Assembly: GCA_018063245.1 (NCBI GenBank) | Contig: JAGPBS010000002.1 | Span: 1-56,188 of the forward strand | Direction of reading: 5' to 3' | Source of the DNA: Alphaproteobacteria bacterium | GTDB taxonomy: Bacteria; Pseudomonadota; Alphaproteobacteria; JAGPBS01 | DNA: 56,188 bases | Notes under the pieces: model-generated | Database searches by the model: none | What the model saw: only the letters and a program-made list of their open reading frames with translations | What the model was told of the DNA's origin: nothing | Shown: in pieces, positions 19,459 to 29,554 of the stretch | How the letters are laid out: each line of letters begins with the position of its first letter | Position numbering within the stretch: the stretch's first letter is position 1 | Made by a program: the position numbers and the translations under genes

Positions 19459-19680
19459 CGTCACTCAGAGGGCCGCTAGGCGCGCCTGTCAGGTCGAAGC
19501 CTCGGCGTAGGCTGATGGAGTCCGTTACCTAACTACCTCGTCATCCTGAACTTGTTTCAGGATCTGGAGATGCTGAAATGAATTCAGCATGACGTGTTAG
19601 AGAAGATGAGATTCCATCCTCCTACGCTAAAGCTTCGGTGAGACAGGCGTCACCCCTTGTTGGGGTGACTCTGAATGACG
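19459..19680. repeat. 222-bp GC-rich nested imperfect palindrome (MITE / REP-like element or structured RNA)
   Basis: Termini CGTCACTCAGAG (19459-19470) and CTCTGAATGACG (19669-19680) are inverted repeats (11/12). 19484-19511 pairs imperfectly with 19621-19648. The core CGTCAT...ATGACG (19539-19594) encloses hairpins ATCCTGAA-CTTGT-TTCAGGAT and ATGCTGAA-ATGA-ATTCAGCAT. A further hairpin is GTCACCCC-TTGTT-GGGGTGAC (19649-19669). Confidence 0.55.
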
Positions 19681-19747
19681 GTTTTTAAAATTTCTATTTA
19701 AACTCTATGATGCAACTGTCTCTGACTAAATAACAGAGGTTAAGCTG

Positions 19748-20902
19748 ATGAAAAAAATTCTGATCATTCTGATGTTTTTAATTGCCTATGGATCATTGTA
19801 TCCATTTGATTTTTCGATGCCTGTGATTAAGTCAGATATGGAAATTTCTGTTTTTTTTGCAACCCTTGCAGGATATAGCAAAGGAGATTTACTTCAGAAT
19901 GTTCTTTTGTTTCTACCTTTTGGTTTTATTGGGCCTTTTTTAAGATCATCGTCAGGGAAAAGATTGCCAGATTTCGTCTATGCCGTTGTCTTTTTAAGCT
20001 TTGGTTTTATGTTTGCGATTTTTGTTCAAATTTTGCAGATCTATGTGCCGAGTAGAATACCAGGTCTTGGTGATGCTCTTGTGAATTTAGCAGGAAGTAT
20101 TATGGGTTACATTGGTGGCCTCATCTTTAAAAAACATGCTGAATCTGTCCATACAGAACTGCGTGCAAGTGATATCTTCATCATGGTTTTGTTAAGCTCA
20201 TGGGTTTCTTATAAATTATTCCCTTTTATCCCAACCTTTGATTGGCAAAATATGAAAGATAGTTTGAAGCCCCTGTTACTCAATCCGGATTTTGAAATAT
20301 TGAGTTTTGTTGGCAATACAATTTCGGTCTATTTGATAGGGTATTTGTTCCATAAATCGAGTATGAAACAACCCACACTCTATTATGTTTTCTTTGTCTA
20401 TATTGTGCTTGGTTTGCAGATCTTTTTCATTGATGTTGATATCTCAATCAATGAAGTTTTGGGTGCGATTGTGGCGATGATTCTGTGGTTTGGATCCGCT
20501 GCTTATGTGAGAGCACATCATGCTTTGTTGGTGTGTTTATTTACAGCAATGTTGGTCTTTTATTTTCTGTATCCTTTTGAGTGGTTAATGCATTATCATT
20601 CTTTTTCATTTGTGCCTTTTTCAGGATTTTTGACTGGGAGCATTGAGGTCAATTTTCTCAACCTCTTTTTGAAATTGTTTCTGTATGGTGGTCTTTTGAA
20701 AATTTTATGGGATATCCCTCTGAAGCCTTTTACAGCGCTGATGGCGGCTAGCTTTATTGTAGGCGGGATAGAATTTTTGCAAATCTTTATGAGTGCAGAA
20801 CATACGCCTGAAATTACCGATCCGCTGTTGGTTGTGATCATCTATTATCTAACACCTAAGACAAATCAGATTATTCGCTTTGCTCCAAAAACATCAGCTT
20901 AG
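19748..20902 (+). CDS. polytopic membrane protein with N-terminal VanZ-like domain
   Basis: 384 aa with at least 10 predicted TM helices. GDLLQNVLLFLPFGF and GDALVNLAGSIMGYIGG resemble the two conserved D-x-x-x-N motifs of VanZ-like proteins. The C-terminal half is not recognised. Confidence 0.55.
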   Translation: MKKILIILMFLIAYGSLYPFDFSMPVIKSDMEISVFFATLAGYSKGDLLQNVLLFLPFGFIGPFLRSSSGKRLPDFVYAVVFLSFGFMFAIFVQILQIYVPSRIPGLGDALVNLAGSIMGYIGGLIFKKHAESVHTELRASDIFIMVLLSSWVSYKLFPFIPTFDWQNMKDSLKPLLLNPDFEILSFVGNTISVYLIGYLFHKSSMKQPTLYYVFFVYIVLGLQIFFIDVDISINEVLGAIVAMILWFGSAAYVRAHHALLVCLFTAMLVFYFLYPFEWLMHYHSFSFVPFSGFLTGSIEVNFLNLFLKLFLYGGLLKILWDIPLKPFTALMAASFIVGGIEFLQIFMSAEHTPEITDPLLVVIIYYLTPKTNQIIRFAPKTSA

Positions 20903-23900
20903 GACCCGCTGTCCATAAAATGGCTCCTTTAATTGTGTGGGCAGGATAAATTTGCTGAAGAAGCTTTCTATATAAATTCATTTGGTAATGGATGGATGAC
21001 GGGATCTTCTCTTGGCTAGCAGGCACATAAGGGCTTGTTTTAAAATCAATAAAGTAGATGACATCATCTGTCTCAATGAGGCGATCCATTTGCCCTGAGA
21101 CATAGATGTTTTCTGATGTGAGATGACCAATCAGAGGAACCTCCGCACGCGCCTTGTCACTAAAGCAAAATTGGAAGACTGGATCTTGTATGACTTTACG
21201 GATCTGGAACAAGAGATCTTCTTCAAGCTCCAAAGAGACAGCTCCTCCAAATTGCATTGAGATCTTGCGTAAAAGTGTGCCCCAATCCTTTTCAGGCAAG
21301 AAAGGAAAAAGTTCAAAACACTGGTGCATGATTTTCCCTTTGATGAGCTGCTGAGAAATATTTCCTTTGCCATCTGTGATAAAACTGTTGGACTCTTTTT
21401 CAGAAGGCCTTACAAGGCGTTTGACATTTTGTGTGTCATCAATTTTAAGATCAATCCAAGATGGTAGTGTGGTCACTGTATCTGTAATAGGAGAATGGAT
21501 GAAAGGCGTTTCAGAGATAGCAATGGGCGCTACCATTGTATTTTCAAATTTATATCCTTGACCAATAAAGGCTTCAGGATGCCTGTATGGCATGAAGTTG
21601 AAGGTGGAGCCGATTTCTTCCATGGCTTTATAACAATAGTGATACCAACTGTTTTCTTGCTGCTTGGGGCTTTGAATGCCGCAAATAATAAGCCGATCTT
21701 CTGCCCTTGTTAATGCAACATAAAGCAGACGTTTATATTCTTCATTATCTTTCAAGCGAATTGTATTTTTGAAAAGATCAGTTTGGTCATCACCGTCAGC
21801 TGCTTTGGGTAAGAAAAAGGGCAGTGGATTCTTTGAATTTGTCCAAATAATTTTTTTCGATTGGGGTTGTGTCCGGAAGGTGTCAGGCAGATACACAATA
21901 GGAGCTTGAAGCCCTTTGGATCCATGAACGGTCATAATCCGGACGCGATCTTCCACTTGCTCCATTTCTCTTTTGACTTCAAAAGTCATCGATTTCATCC
22001 AAGAGGTGAAAGATTGTAAGCAAGAGATATGTTGACCTTCATAGGTGAGGATAATTGATAAAAGCTCATCAAGAGCATCATCAACTTCTGAGCCCATTCT
22101 TTGATGGATGGCTCTGCGTCCTGATCTTTTATTCGCAGGACATTCACGTTGTAAAAGAGAGGCAATCAACTCAAAAGGACTTAAGGTTTTTGAATCATCA
22201 AGGAGCTGTTGTAGGTAGTTAGCATAGGTTGTATGATGCTGCTGAAGCATGTCCCAGAGTGTGCCATTTCGATGTGCACAGAGGTTTAGCAGATCCGTTT
22301 CACTAATGCCGATGAAGGGTGATTTTAAAATGACAGCAAGTGTTAGATCATCTTCCGGACACAAAGCCCATTCACAGACAGCTATCATGTCTTTGACGAT
22401 AAGCTGATTGTGGAGGTAAAGCCTGTCAACGCCTGTAATCGGGATGCCTTTTTTCTTTAAAGCCCGTACGATATCCAAAAGCAAATGGCTCCGACGACGC
22501 AGTAAAATCATGATATCGCCAGGTTTGATGATTCTGTTTTTAGCGGAGACATGATCTTCTAATCTGAGGCGATTTGCTATATCATCAGCAATTTCTTCGG
22601 CCAATTGTCTGGTAGGAGGAATCGTCCATTCATGCGCTTGAGGCAGTGTCCATGTTTCTTTATTCTCTTGATCGTTATCAGCTTCAGGGATAGAGGTGAT
22701 CAAAGGCCAAAGTTCAACAGAGCCAGGGGCATCGGTGCGATAAGCAAAATGTTTGATTTCATCACCGCTCAGAGAAACACCTTGCAGCGTTTCAGTTGGT
22801 TTAAAGACATGATCAACAAAATCAAGAATTGTTTGATTTGATCTGAATGAGACTTGCAGTCGAATATTTTCAAAGGCCTTTTCAGAAAGCTGTGCATAAT
22901 GAGAAAATTTTTGATTCATGGCAAAAAAACCATAAGGATCAGCACCTTGAAAGCTGAAGATGGATTGCTTTTCGTCACCTACGACAAATAAAGTTCTGTT
23001 GACTGATCGGGCGCTTTCGCCTGTATAAAAATCTTGTACAAGCGATGAAATAACACGCCATTGAATAGGGCTTGTGTCTTGGGCTTCATCGACAAGCAGG
23101 TGGTCAATTCCGCCATCAAGTTTGTAGAGAACCCAGCTAACTGTATCGGCAGCACCAAGAAGAGTTGCTGTTTTTGCGATCAGATCATGGTAATCAAGAA
23201 CAGCTTGTTGATCTTTGAGATGCTGGTATCGTTTTAAAAATTCAGTTGCAAAAATCACATAGTAGGTTGAGGCAAGACACAGATGGTTCTTTTTCTTTTT
23301 ATCTAGAAAGCTGAGAACAGACTCTGTGAGGCGCGCGATGACTTCGTCAGCCTCAGGATGTTGATCAAGAACTTTCTTCGTTAGAATTTTTTTGCGTGGT
23401 TCGCCATCTTTTGTCAGGAAAACAGAACAATAATCGTTGATGAGATCTGCCTTATGCTGATCATCAGATTGATACCAAGCTGAAATGATGAGCGCGTTTT
23501 TTTGATCTGTCTTAGCGCCTTCTTTAAGACTTGGGTAGAGGGAGCGCCAAAAGTCAATATCAGCTTGTCGATCTGCTATAAATTGGTTGATTAAATCCTG
23601 TTCGGTTTGAAAAGAATTTAAAGACAATTCTGTAAGATAAAGAGAGGCAATGCGCTCAAAATCCGCCTCATCATGATAGGCAAAAGCGAGAATCTCTTCC
23701 CTCTTATCAAGCATTGAGACAAAGAGATCTTCAAAATGATCTTCTGAAAGATAGGCTAGTAAAAACTGAAAGGCTTGTGTAAAAAGACCATCCATTTTAT
23801 GCTGTGAGACATCTGTAAGCAGACTATCAAAAACCTGCTGAACCAATTCATGCGCAGCTATTTCATCGATCGCCTCAAAGTGTGGCGATAAAGACGCCTC

Positions 23901-24305
23901 AAGCGGAAAACGCCTTAAAACGGATTGGCAAAAGCTGTGAATTGTTTGAATTCTAAGACCGCCCGGGACATCAAGAATGATCGCAAAAAGTTGTCTTGCT
24001 TTTGCAATCATGTCATCTGACGGGGTTTCATCGAGTAAATCGCTTAGTTCTGCGATCAGTTTTTCATCAGGGCAAATGGTCCAGGTACTTGTTTTTTGAT
24101 GGATTCTGAGCGCCATTTCAGCCGCCGCCGCTTTTGTAAAAGTCAGACAGAGAATTTTCTGAGCTGGTTCGCCCAAGAGCAATAGTCTTAAAAAACGGTC
24201 GATCAGAATTTTTGTTTTTCCGGATCCGGCCGAGGCATTCACCCAGACAGATTGATGTGGGTTTGAGGCACGTTTCTGGAAATGGTTAGGATTGACATTA
24301 AGCAT
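20871..24305 (-). CDS. addA: double-strand break repair helicase-nuclease AddA (alphaproteobacterial AddAB type)
   Basis: UvrD-like Walker A VWVNASAGSGKTKIL. C-terminal RecB-type nuclease motif GQMDRLIETDDVIYFIDFKTS. Start ATG 24305 (MLNVNPN...) overlaps the addB stop by 8 nt; the ORF-track start 24440 lies inside addB. Confidence 0.93.
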   Translation of the reverse strand: MLNVNPNHFQKRASNPHQSVWVNASAGSGKTKILIDRFLRLLLLGEPAQKILCLTFTKAAAAEMALRIHQKTSTWTICPDEKLIAELSDLLDETPSDDMIAKARQLFAIILDVPGGLRIQTIHSFCQSVLRRFPLEASLSPHFEAIDEIAAHELVQQVFDSLLTDVSQHKMDGLFTQAFQFLLAYLSEDHFEDLFVSMLDKREEILAFAYHDEADFERIASLYLTELSLNSFQTEQDLINQFIADRQADIDFWRSLYPSLKEGAKTDQKNALIISAWYQSDDQHKADLINDYCSVFLTKDGEPRKKILTKKVLDQHPEADEVIARLTESVLSFLDKKKKNHLCLASTYYVIFATEFLKRYQHLKDQQAVLDYHDLIAKTATLLGAADTVSWVLYKLDGGIDHLLVDEAQDTSPIQWRVISSLVQDFYTGESARSVNRTLFVVGDEKQSIFSFQGADPYGFFAMNQKFSHYAQLSEKAFENIRLQVSFRSNQTILDFVDHVFKPTETLQGVSLSGDEIKHFAYRTDAPGSVELWPLITSIPEADNDQENKETWTLPQAHEWTIPPTRQLAEEIADDIANRLRLEDHVSAKNRIIKPGDIMILLRRRSHLLLDIVRALKKKGIPITGVDRLYLHNQLIVKDMIAVCEWALCPEDDLTLAVILKSPFIGISETDLLNLCAHRNGTLWDMLQQHHTTYANYLQQLLDDSKTLSPFELIASLLQRECPANKRSGRRAIHQRMGSEVDDALDELLSIILTYEGQHISCLQSFTSWMKSMTFEVKREMEQVEDRVRIMTVHGSKGLQAPIVYLPDTFRTQPQSKKIIWTNSKNPLPFFLPKAADGDDQTDLFKNTIRLKDNEEYKRLLYVALTRAEDRLIICGIQSPKQQENSWYHYCYKAMEEIGSTFNFMPYRHPEAFIGQGYKFENTMVAPIAISETPFIHSPITDTVTTLPSWIDLKIDDTQNVKRLVRPSEKESNSFITDGKGNISQQLIKGKIMHQCFELFPFLPEKDWGTLLRKISMQFGGAVSLELEEDLLFQIRKVIQDPVFQFCFSDKARAEVPLIGHLTSENIYVSGQMDRLIETDDVIYFIDFKTSPYVPASQEKIPSSIHYQMNLYRKLLQQIYPAHTIKGAILWTAGPKLMFLEQSE

Positions 24306-27300
24306 TGATGGAAGCCTCCATCTTTTTTGGCGTATGATGTGTTGACCATTCCTCAATGCGGCAGAGGTGCCTGTAATCATCATAACGACCAGCAATCGCA
24401 AAGTTTGGATAAGCGATATAGCTTGTGCTTTCATTTTCATAGTGTGTGATCATTGCAATGAGTCCTTGGTGGGCCTCCTCTTGACTTTGGCGCACTTTTT
24501 CACCCGTGAGAACTTTATTGATTTTCACAATATGTTGGATTCCTTTTAATTGCCAGTAGGTGCAAAGACTCACAGGGCGTGATTCGAGTGGAAAGGCTTT
24601 ATGCTCGATCATCAAAGCTTCGAGTGTTAATTGAGGTGAATAGCCAGCTTCAACATCTTTTTTTGTCGGCGGTGCCCCTGTTTTATAATCGATGATTTCG
24701 TATGAGTTATCGGGCAGTAAATCAATACGGTCCACTTTACCAACGAGGTGAAAAGGACCTAAAGCTGTGTTGAAAATCATTTGCCCTTTTTCTTCGATCA
24801 AGGCGACTTGATAACCTTCGGCTTCCCTTTCTCTTTGCGTTTGGATGAACCAACTTGCAATTTCTTCAAAGCGTGACCACCAGAAAAAACGAATGCGCGG
24901 GTTATGAATTTTCTCACCAAAAACCTCAAGGCCTTTTTGATGGAGCCAAACACCAACATCTGCAGGCAAACTTTGGGGAAATGTTTTCAGACATTCCTCA
25001 AAGACTTGATGGAAAATATCGCCTTTGTCTTTTGCTTCAAAATCAATTTCGAGTTTTTTGAGAGGCTTTAATTTCAGGATGTGACGAGCATAGATTTGAT
25101 AGGGATTTCTGATCCATTTTTCAATATCAGTGACAGAGAGTCGTCTTGGTCTCATGGAAACAGGAGGCGTTGGTCTGGGTTGGTCAATGGGCAGAAAATG
25201 ATCGGATTGATCAAGCCTGTTTGCAATTGCTTTCCAGTGTGCAGTTTGAGAGGTAAGTTTTTTGTCAAGATGAAAGGCTTTGAGCAAGGTTTCTGTTCTT
25301 AAAATCCAGCGAGAAGGAACAGCAACGGTGCCTCCAATTTTCGCTGAGCGTGTTAAGACAATCTGAGGTGTTGAGAACAGCTGGGAGAAGTCATGAGCTG
25401 AGATCCCGATTTTTTGATCAAGTGCAGAAAGGCCAAAATCGGCGCGCATTTGTCGTGACATCCAGGGGTCGCCTGTGACTTCCGGAGGCCATGATCCTTC
25501 ATTGAGGCCACCTAAAATAGCAAAGTCAAAGCTTTGAAGCCTTGCTTCCATAGGGCCTAAAATTGAAAGACGAGGCGTCATTGTGCTTTTTGGGCGAATG
25601 GTGTGTTTCTTAAAAAAATAAGACATCATGGCCGCATAATCATCGATCTCGATCGATCCAAAAACATCCGCTTGATTTGCAAGATCACTCCAAAAATGAG
25701 CAAGTTCATCTGAGTCTGATTCTTCCCAAAGAGCGCAGGTATCATCTGCTGTTTGGGCTAGTTTTTCGGCAGTTGTCATGTGTAGGTTAATCCATAACTG
25801 CAGTGTTTTAACACTCTCATTTTGTCTGGTGAGATGGAAATTCAGTTCGCTCAGATTTTGGAGAAGTTTCTCTAAATACTTTGAGAGTTCTGGATTCAGT
25901 GTTTCAGATAAGTTGATAAGTAATGGCAAGTTGCACTCATATTCATGTTCACGTAGATAATAACATTCAAGATCTGTGATGAGCTGATGCCTTTTAACTT
26001 TATTAATCCCCATGTGACAGAGAGGGTGTTTTAAGAGCGCCATCAATTTTACAGGATTAGATTGATCTGTTATGTAAGTCAAAATTAAAAGCATAAAAGA
26101 GCCAAGGCTTGACTGGAAGAGTGAGGAACCTGCAGAATCATCGATGAAAATGTTCCATCTTTTGAGGTGATTTTGAACACGTTTTGCGAGTGATCGATCA
26201 AGCGTGATAAAAGCAGCACTTCCTTGTGTTTTTTCATGGAGAAATTGTCTAAGAAGTAAGGCAATGATTTGTGCTTCTTGCTCCTGGTGGTCGGCTTCAA
26301 TGTAAGACAAGCCGGTGAGGCTATTGTTAAAAGCAGCTTGATAGGATGGATTGCTTTTGAGATTTTTCCAGAGATGTGTTTCTTCAGCAGGCCTGAAAAT
26401 TTCGCTTAAAAGCAGAGTGCGATCTGTTTGTGATGGAGGCTCGGCATGATAGAAATGAGCAATGTTTGTGCGATCGATTTCATAGTGCGTTAATAATTTT
26501 TTGAGCAAATATTGAGGATGATCCTCTCTGATTTTTGTCCAATAAGCATCAGAAGAAATTTGATCGAGTCCATGAAGAACAAGGCAAACAGAGGGAGATA
26601 AAAGAGCTGATCGAATCATATCAGCAGCAGAGCTTAAGGCAAGATTCACACCAGCAAAGATGATGGGTTTTTGAGGCGGGGCCTTTGCCCATTCTTTTGC
26701 GATGAGGCGAAATTGTTGATTACGTAAATCCATGGGATCAAGGGCTTGTTCAGCCTTTAGAATCTCAGGCCAGACCTGTGTGAGAATTTGTAGAAATTGC
26801 AATGTGACTTGCCAATGCGCTGCAAAATTATCTGGGACCAATTTACTGAGATTTTGAAAATTGTGTTCTTCTGCATAGATTTGATCGAGAAGGGCAGACA
26901 GATCTTCAGCCAGATGAAGTCCTTGAAGCGTTGAGGGAACATATTCCTTTGCTTCAACCAAAAGGCGCGTTAAGATCAAATGTCTGCGAAAAGGCGAAAG
27001 GCCATTTGGTAATGTCAGCAGTTGATTCATAATGCCAGAAGATGAATCATGATGCGCCATGAGCGGTAGAATATCGTCGTTTGAGAGATCTCCCAGCACC
27101 AAGATACGCGGCAGAATCATCGACTGATGAGGCGCCTCATCAAAGAAAGCTTCTTTGAGAGCCCTGCAAGCTCTGCGTGTTGGGAGCACAATTGTTAAAT
27201 CTTTTAGATCAGAAGGTCTTTTTCCAAAACGTTCAAAAATCCCTTGAATCAAATCAGAGAGAAAAGGCCTGTCAATAGGGATAGTAAGGATCTGATCTGA

Positions 27301-27309
27301 AAGACTCAT
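24298..27309 (-). CDS. addB: double-strand break repair protein AddB
   Basis: 1003 aa with C-terminal PD-(D/E)xK motif VGKVDRIDLLPDNSYEIIDYKTG. Conserved position immediately upstream of addA. Confidence 0.9.
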   Translation of the reverse strand: MSLSDQILTIPIDRPFLSDLIQGIFERFGKRPSDLKDLTIVLPTRRACRALKEAFFDEAPHQSMILPRILVLGDLSNDDILPLMAHHDSSSGIMNQLLTLPNGLSPFRRHLILTRLLVEAKEYVPSTLQGLHLAEDLSALLDQIYAEEHNFQNLSKLVPDNFAAHWQVTLQFLQILTQVWPEILKAEQALDPMDLRNQQFRLIAKEWAKAPPQKPIIFAGVNLALSSAADMIRSALLSPSVCLVLHGLDQISSDAYWTKIREDHPQYLLKKLLTHYEIDRTNIAHFYHAEPPSQTDRTLLLSEIFRPAEETHLWKNLKSNPSYQAAFNNSLTGLSYIEADHQEQEAQIIALLLRQFLHEKTQGSAAFITLDRSLAKRVQNHLKRWNIFIDDSAGSSLFQSSLGSFMLLILTYITDQSNPVKLMALLKHPLCHMGINKVKRHQLITDLECYYLREHEYECNLPLLINLSETLNPELSKYLEKLLQNLSELNFHLTRQNESVKTLQLWINLHMTTAEKLAQTADDTCALWEESDSDELAHFWSDLANQADVFGSIEIDDYAAMMSYFFKKHTIRPKSTMTPRLSILGPMEARLQSFDFAILGGLNEGSWPPEVTGDPWMSRQMRADFGLSALDQKIGISAHDFSQLFSTPQIVLTRSAKIGGTVAVPSRWILRTETLLKAFHLDKKLTSQTAHWKAIANRLDQSDHFLPIDQPRPTPPVSMRPRRLSVTDIEKWIRNPYQIYARHILKLKPLKKLEIDFEAKDKGDIFHQVFEECLKTFPQSLPADVGVWLHQKGLEVFGEKIHNPRIRFFWWSRFEEIASWFIQTQREREAEGYQVALIEEKGQMIFNTALGPFHLVGKVDRIDLLPDNSYEIIDYKTGAPPTKKDVEAGYSPQLTLEALMIEHKAFPLESRPVSLCTYWQLKGIQHIVKINKVLTGEKVRQSQEEAHQGLIAMITHYENESTSYIAYPNFAIAGRYDDYRHLCRIEEWSTHHTPKKMEASINA

Positions 27310-27310
27310 C

Positions 27311-29053
27311 TTATGCAGCCTTTTGTTTCTGTCTTTGAACGATTAATTGCTCTGTTTCTTTGAGTGCTTCTGGGGTGCCAATATGAAACCATTCAGCCTC
27401 ATAGATAAGTCCAAAGAGGCGATTTTCAGCCTGTGCTTTGTCCCAAATCTCTAAGTTAGAATAGCATTTTTCTTCTTGTGTATTTGGGAAAAGATGCGGA
27501 GAGAGAATTTGAATACCAGCATAAAAATAAGGAGCTTCAGCCTCTGTTAAGTTTCTCGTGAGGCGATTTTTTTCATTCAGAAAGTAGTCACCTTTCCCGT
27601 CAAGAAAGAAGCATTTTTCTTTCGGAACAAGCCAGAGCAAAACATCCATTTTTTCTGGATCCCATGCCTGTCTCATTTGATCGAGTAAGGAAGTCTGATC
27701 AGGTAAAGGCTCAAAGTAAAGATCGCCATTCAGAGCGAAAAAAGGAGCATCTTTTTCGGTCAAGAATTGGCACATTTTCTGAACGCCGCCAGCCGTTTCA
27801 AGAATTGTATTTTCATGCGAATAAACAACTGTTTGAAAGCGCCTTTGTTCTTTTTGATGTGCAGCATAGGCCTTGATTTGATCGGCTAAATGATGGCCAT
27901 TGATAAAGAGCTGGGTTACTTTATTTTGAACTAAAAGATTACAGATGTAGTCAAGAATAGGTTTGCCATTGAGAGGCAGTAGCGGTTTAGGCGTATGGTC
28001 TGTGAGAGGCCTCATTCTTTTGCCATAACCAGCAGCTAGGATCATGGCTTGATCAATAGGCCTGTGTTTTTTGATAAAGACGCGGATGGATGAAAAAGGC
28101 AGATATGTGTCAAACCAGTTTTTAAGAGCAAAAAATGACTCTTGTTTGAATAATTTTTCAAGGTGAGAGAGAACGCGCGGCAGATGTTTTAAATATCCGC
28201 TTTTACCCTTTGTGGTCAGTGTGAGAAAGTTGGATAGAATGCGTAAATGACGAATGACTTTGATGTACTCTTTTTGGTGTTTATAGATAGCGCAATCTTC
28301 AGCAGAAAGAGAAGCACAGTAAAGCTCTTCGCAATGTTTTATTATATCAGCTGGGACATCATACCTTGCATCTTCAATTAGGGAGATGAAATCATATCCA
28401 AGGGGGCCTATACCTGCATCTTGAAAATCAATAACATAGGTTTCTCCGTCTTTGATCATGAGGTTATCTGCAAAATAATCTCGGAAGATAAAGGTTGATC
28501 GCTCACAGTTTATTTGCTCTAAAATTTGAGAAACAATCTCTTTATAAAGTTCTATGGCTTTTAAGGGTAGGTCATGACCCAGAACGATAGGAGCAGCTGT
28601 GTCGATCAGTAATTGAGCTTGCTTTTCAAAGTAATCATGACGATAGAGCGGTAAGGGAAACGAGCAATGGGTGATGTCGATCTGGCGTGATTGTATCAAC
28701 AGCTCAGTTGCTTGTTGATAGAAAGTAGAAAGAGGGGTTTGGTCTTGTTCATAATAAGCATGACCAAGGTGATAGGTGCCAAGATCTTCAAAGAGAATAA
28801 GCTGTTCTTTGCTATCATGCGCATAGATTTGCGGCGCTTTGATTTTTGCTTGATGGAGTAATTGTGTTATAAAGAGCGTTGCTTCATAATCCTGCTTTCG
28901 AGATTCAAGGAGTAGAATGTAGGATGCCCCTTTTTCTGTTATACATTGCCAAAATTGTTTTGCTGATACATCAGCTGCAAAGGCCTTGTAGCTTAAAGGG
29001 CTTTCTTGGAAAAAGGCTTCTATTTTTGAGAGATCAAATGAGGGCTTTGTCAT
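27311..29053 (-). CDS. fused anomeric MurNAc/GlcNAc kinase (AmgK-like) and MurNAc-1-P uridylyltransferase (MurU-like)
   Basis: The N-terminal ~330 aa is a phosphotransferase fold with DFQDAGIGPLGYDFISLIEDARYDVP. The C-terminal ~245 aa is a nucleotidyltransferase starting AMILAAGYGKRMRPLTDHTPKPLLPLNGKPILDY. It is a single uninterrupted 580-aa ORF. Confidence 0.85.
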   Translation of the reverse strand: MTKPSFDLSKIEAFFQESPLSYKAFAADVSAKQFWQCITEKGASYILLLESRKQDYEATLFITQLLHQAKIKAPQIYAHDSKEQLILFEDLGTYHLGHAYYEQDQTPLSTFYQQATELLIQSRQIDITHCSFPLPLYRHDYFEKQAQLLIDTAAPIVLGHDLPLKAIELYKEIVSQILEQINCERSTFIFRDYFADNLMIKDGETYVIDFQDAGIGPLGYDFISLIEDARYDVPADIIKHCEELYCASLSAEDCAIYKHQKEYIKVIRHLRILSNFLTLTTKGKSGYLKHLPRVLSHLEKLFKQESFFALKNWFDTYLPFSSIRVFIKKHRPIDQAMILAAGYGKRMRPLTDHTPKPLLPLNGKPILDYICNLLVQNKVTQLFINGHHLADQIKAYAAHQKEQRRFQTVVYSHENTILETAGGVQKMCQFLTEKDAPFFALNGDLYFEPLPDQTSLLDQMRQAWDPEKMDVLLWLVPKEKCFFLDGKGDYFLNEKNRLTRNLTEAEAPYFYAGIQILSPHLFPNTQEEKCYSNLEIWDKAQAENRLFGLIYEAEWFHIGTPEALKETEQLIVQRQKQKAA

Positions 29054-29501
29054 TGAGTCTTTTCCTCCAATCAGGACTACAGGTGATGGTCATTTCTCTT
29101 TCTTCTTCGGTTTTACCAACGGCTAAGGTGAGAGTCAATTTTTCAAAAGGCAATGGAATCTGATCAATAAGCAGAGGCCATTCAACAAGGCTTACGCCTT
29201 TAAGAGCCTCTTCAATATCGAGATCATAGAGTTCTTCAGCATGATTTAATCTATAAAGATCAAAGTGCCAAAGGGTAAGATTTGGTAAGTGATAGGTCTG
29301 AACAAGGCTAAAGGTAGGGCTTGGGACTTCATGAATTTTTGGGTCTAGACTTTGGATAATGAGTCTGGCAAGAGTTGATTTTCCCGCACCAAGAGGTCCA
29401 TTCAGTGCAATTAAATCAGAGGGTTGCAAGAGCTGTGCAAGTCCTTGTGCAAATTTTTGCATGTCTGATAAAGAATGAATATGTTTAACAATTTTTTTCA
29501 T
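29034..29501 (-). CDS. tsaE: tRNA t6A37 biosynthesis ATPase TsaE
   Basis: LNGPLGAGKSTLAR, SPTFSLVQTY and HFDLYRL motifs. ATG 29501 (MKKIVKH...) is preferred to 29549. Confidence 0.9.
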   Translation of the reverse strand: MKKIVKHIHSLSDMQKFAQGLAQLLQPSDLIALNGPLGAGKSTLARLIIQSLDPKIHEVPSPTFSLVQTYHLPNLTLWHFDLYRLNHAEELYDLDIEEALKGVSLVEWPLLIDQIPLPFEKLTLTLAVGKTEEEREMTITCSPDWRKRLNDKALI

Positions 29502-29554
29502 GGTGGCGCCTCTAGGTGCCATGGTAAGGGGTCCATGCCCATCCTTCAAGACAT

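Noticed and set aside
19484-19511. Possible SRP (4.5S) RNA because of TGTCAGGTCGAAG
   Set aside because: It lacks the conserved GGAAGGAAGCAG-type domain IV motif, and the region is a symmetric palindrome rather than an SRP-like fold.
24306-24440. N-terminal 45-aa extension of addA in the ORF track
   Set aside because: It lies entirely within the addB coding region. MLNVNPN... at 24305 gives the typical 8-nt addB/addA overlap and places the Walker A at the normal distance.
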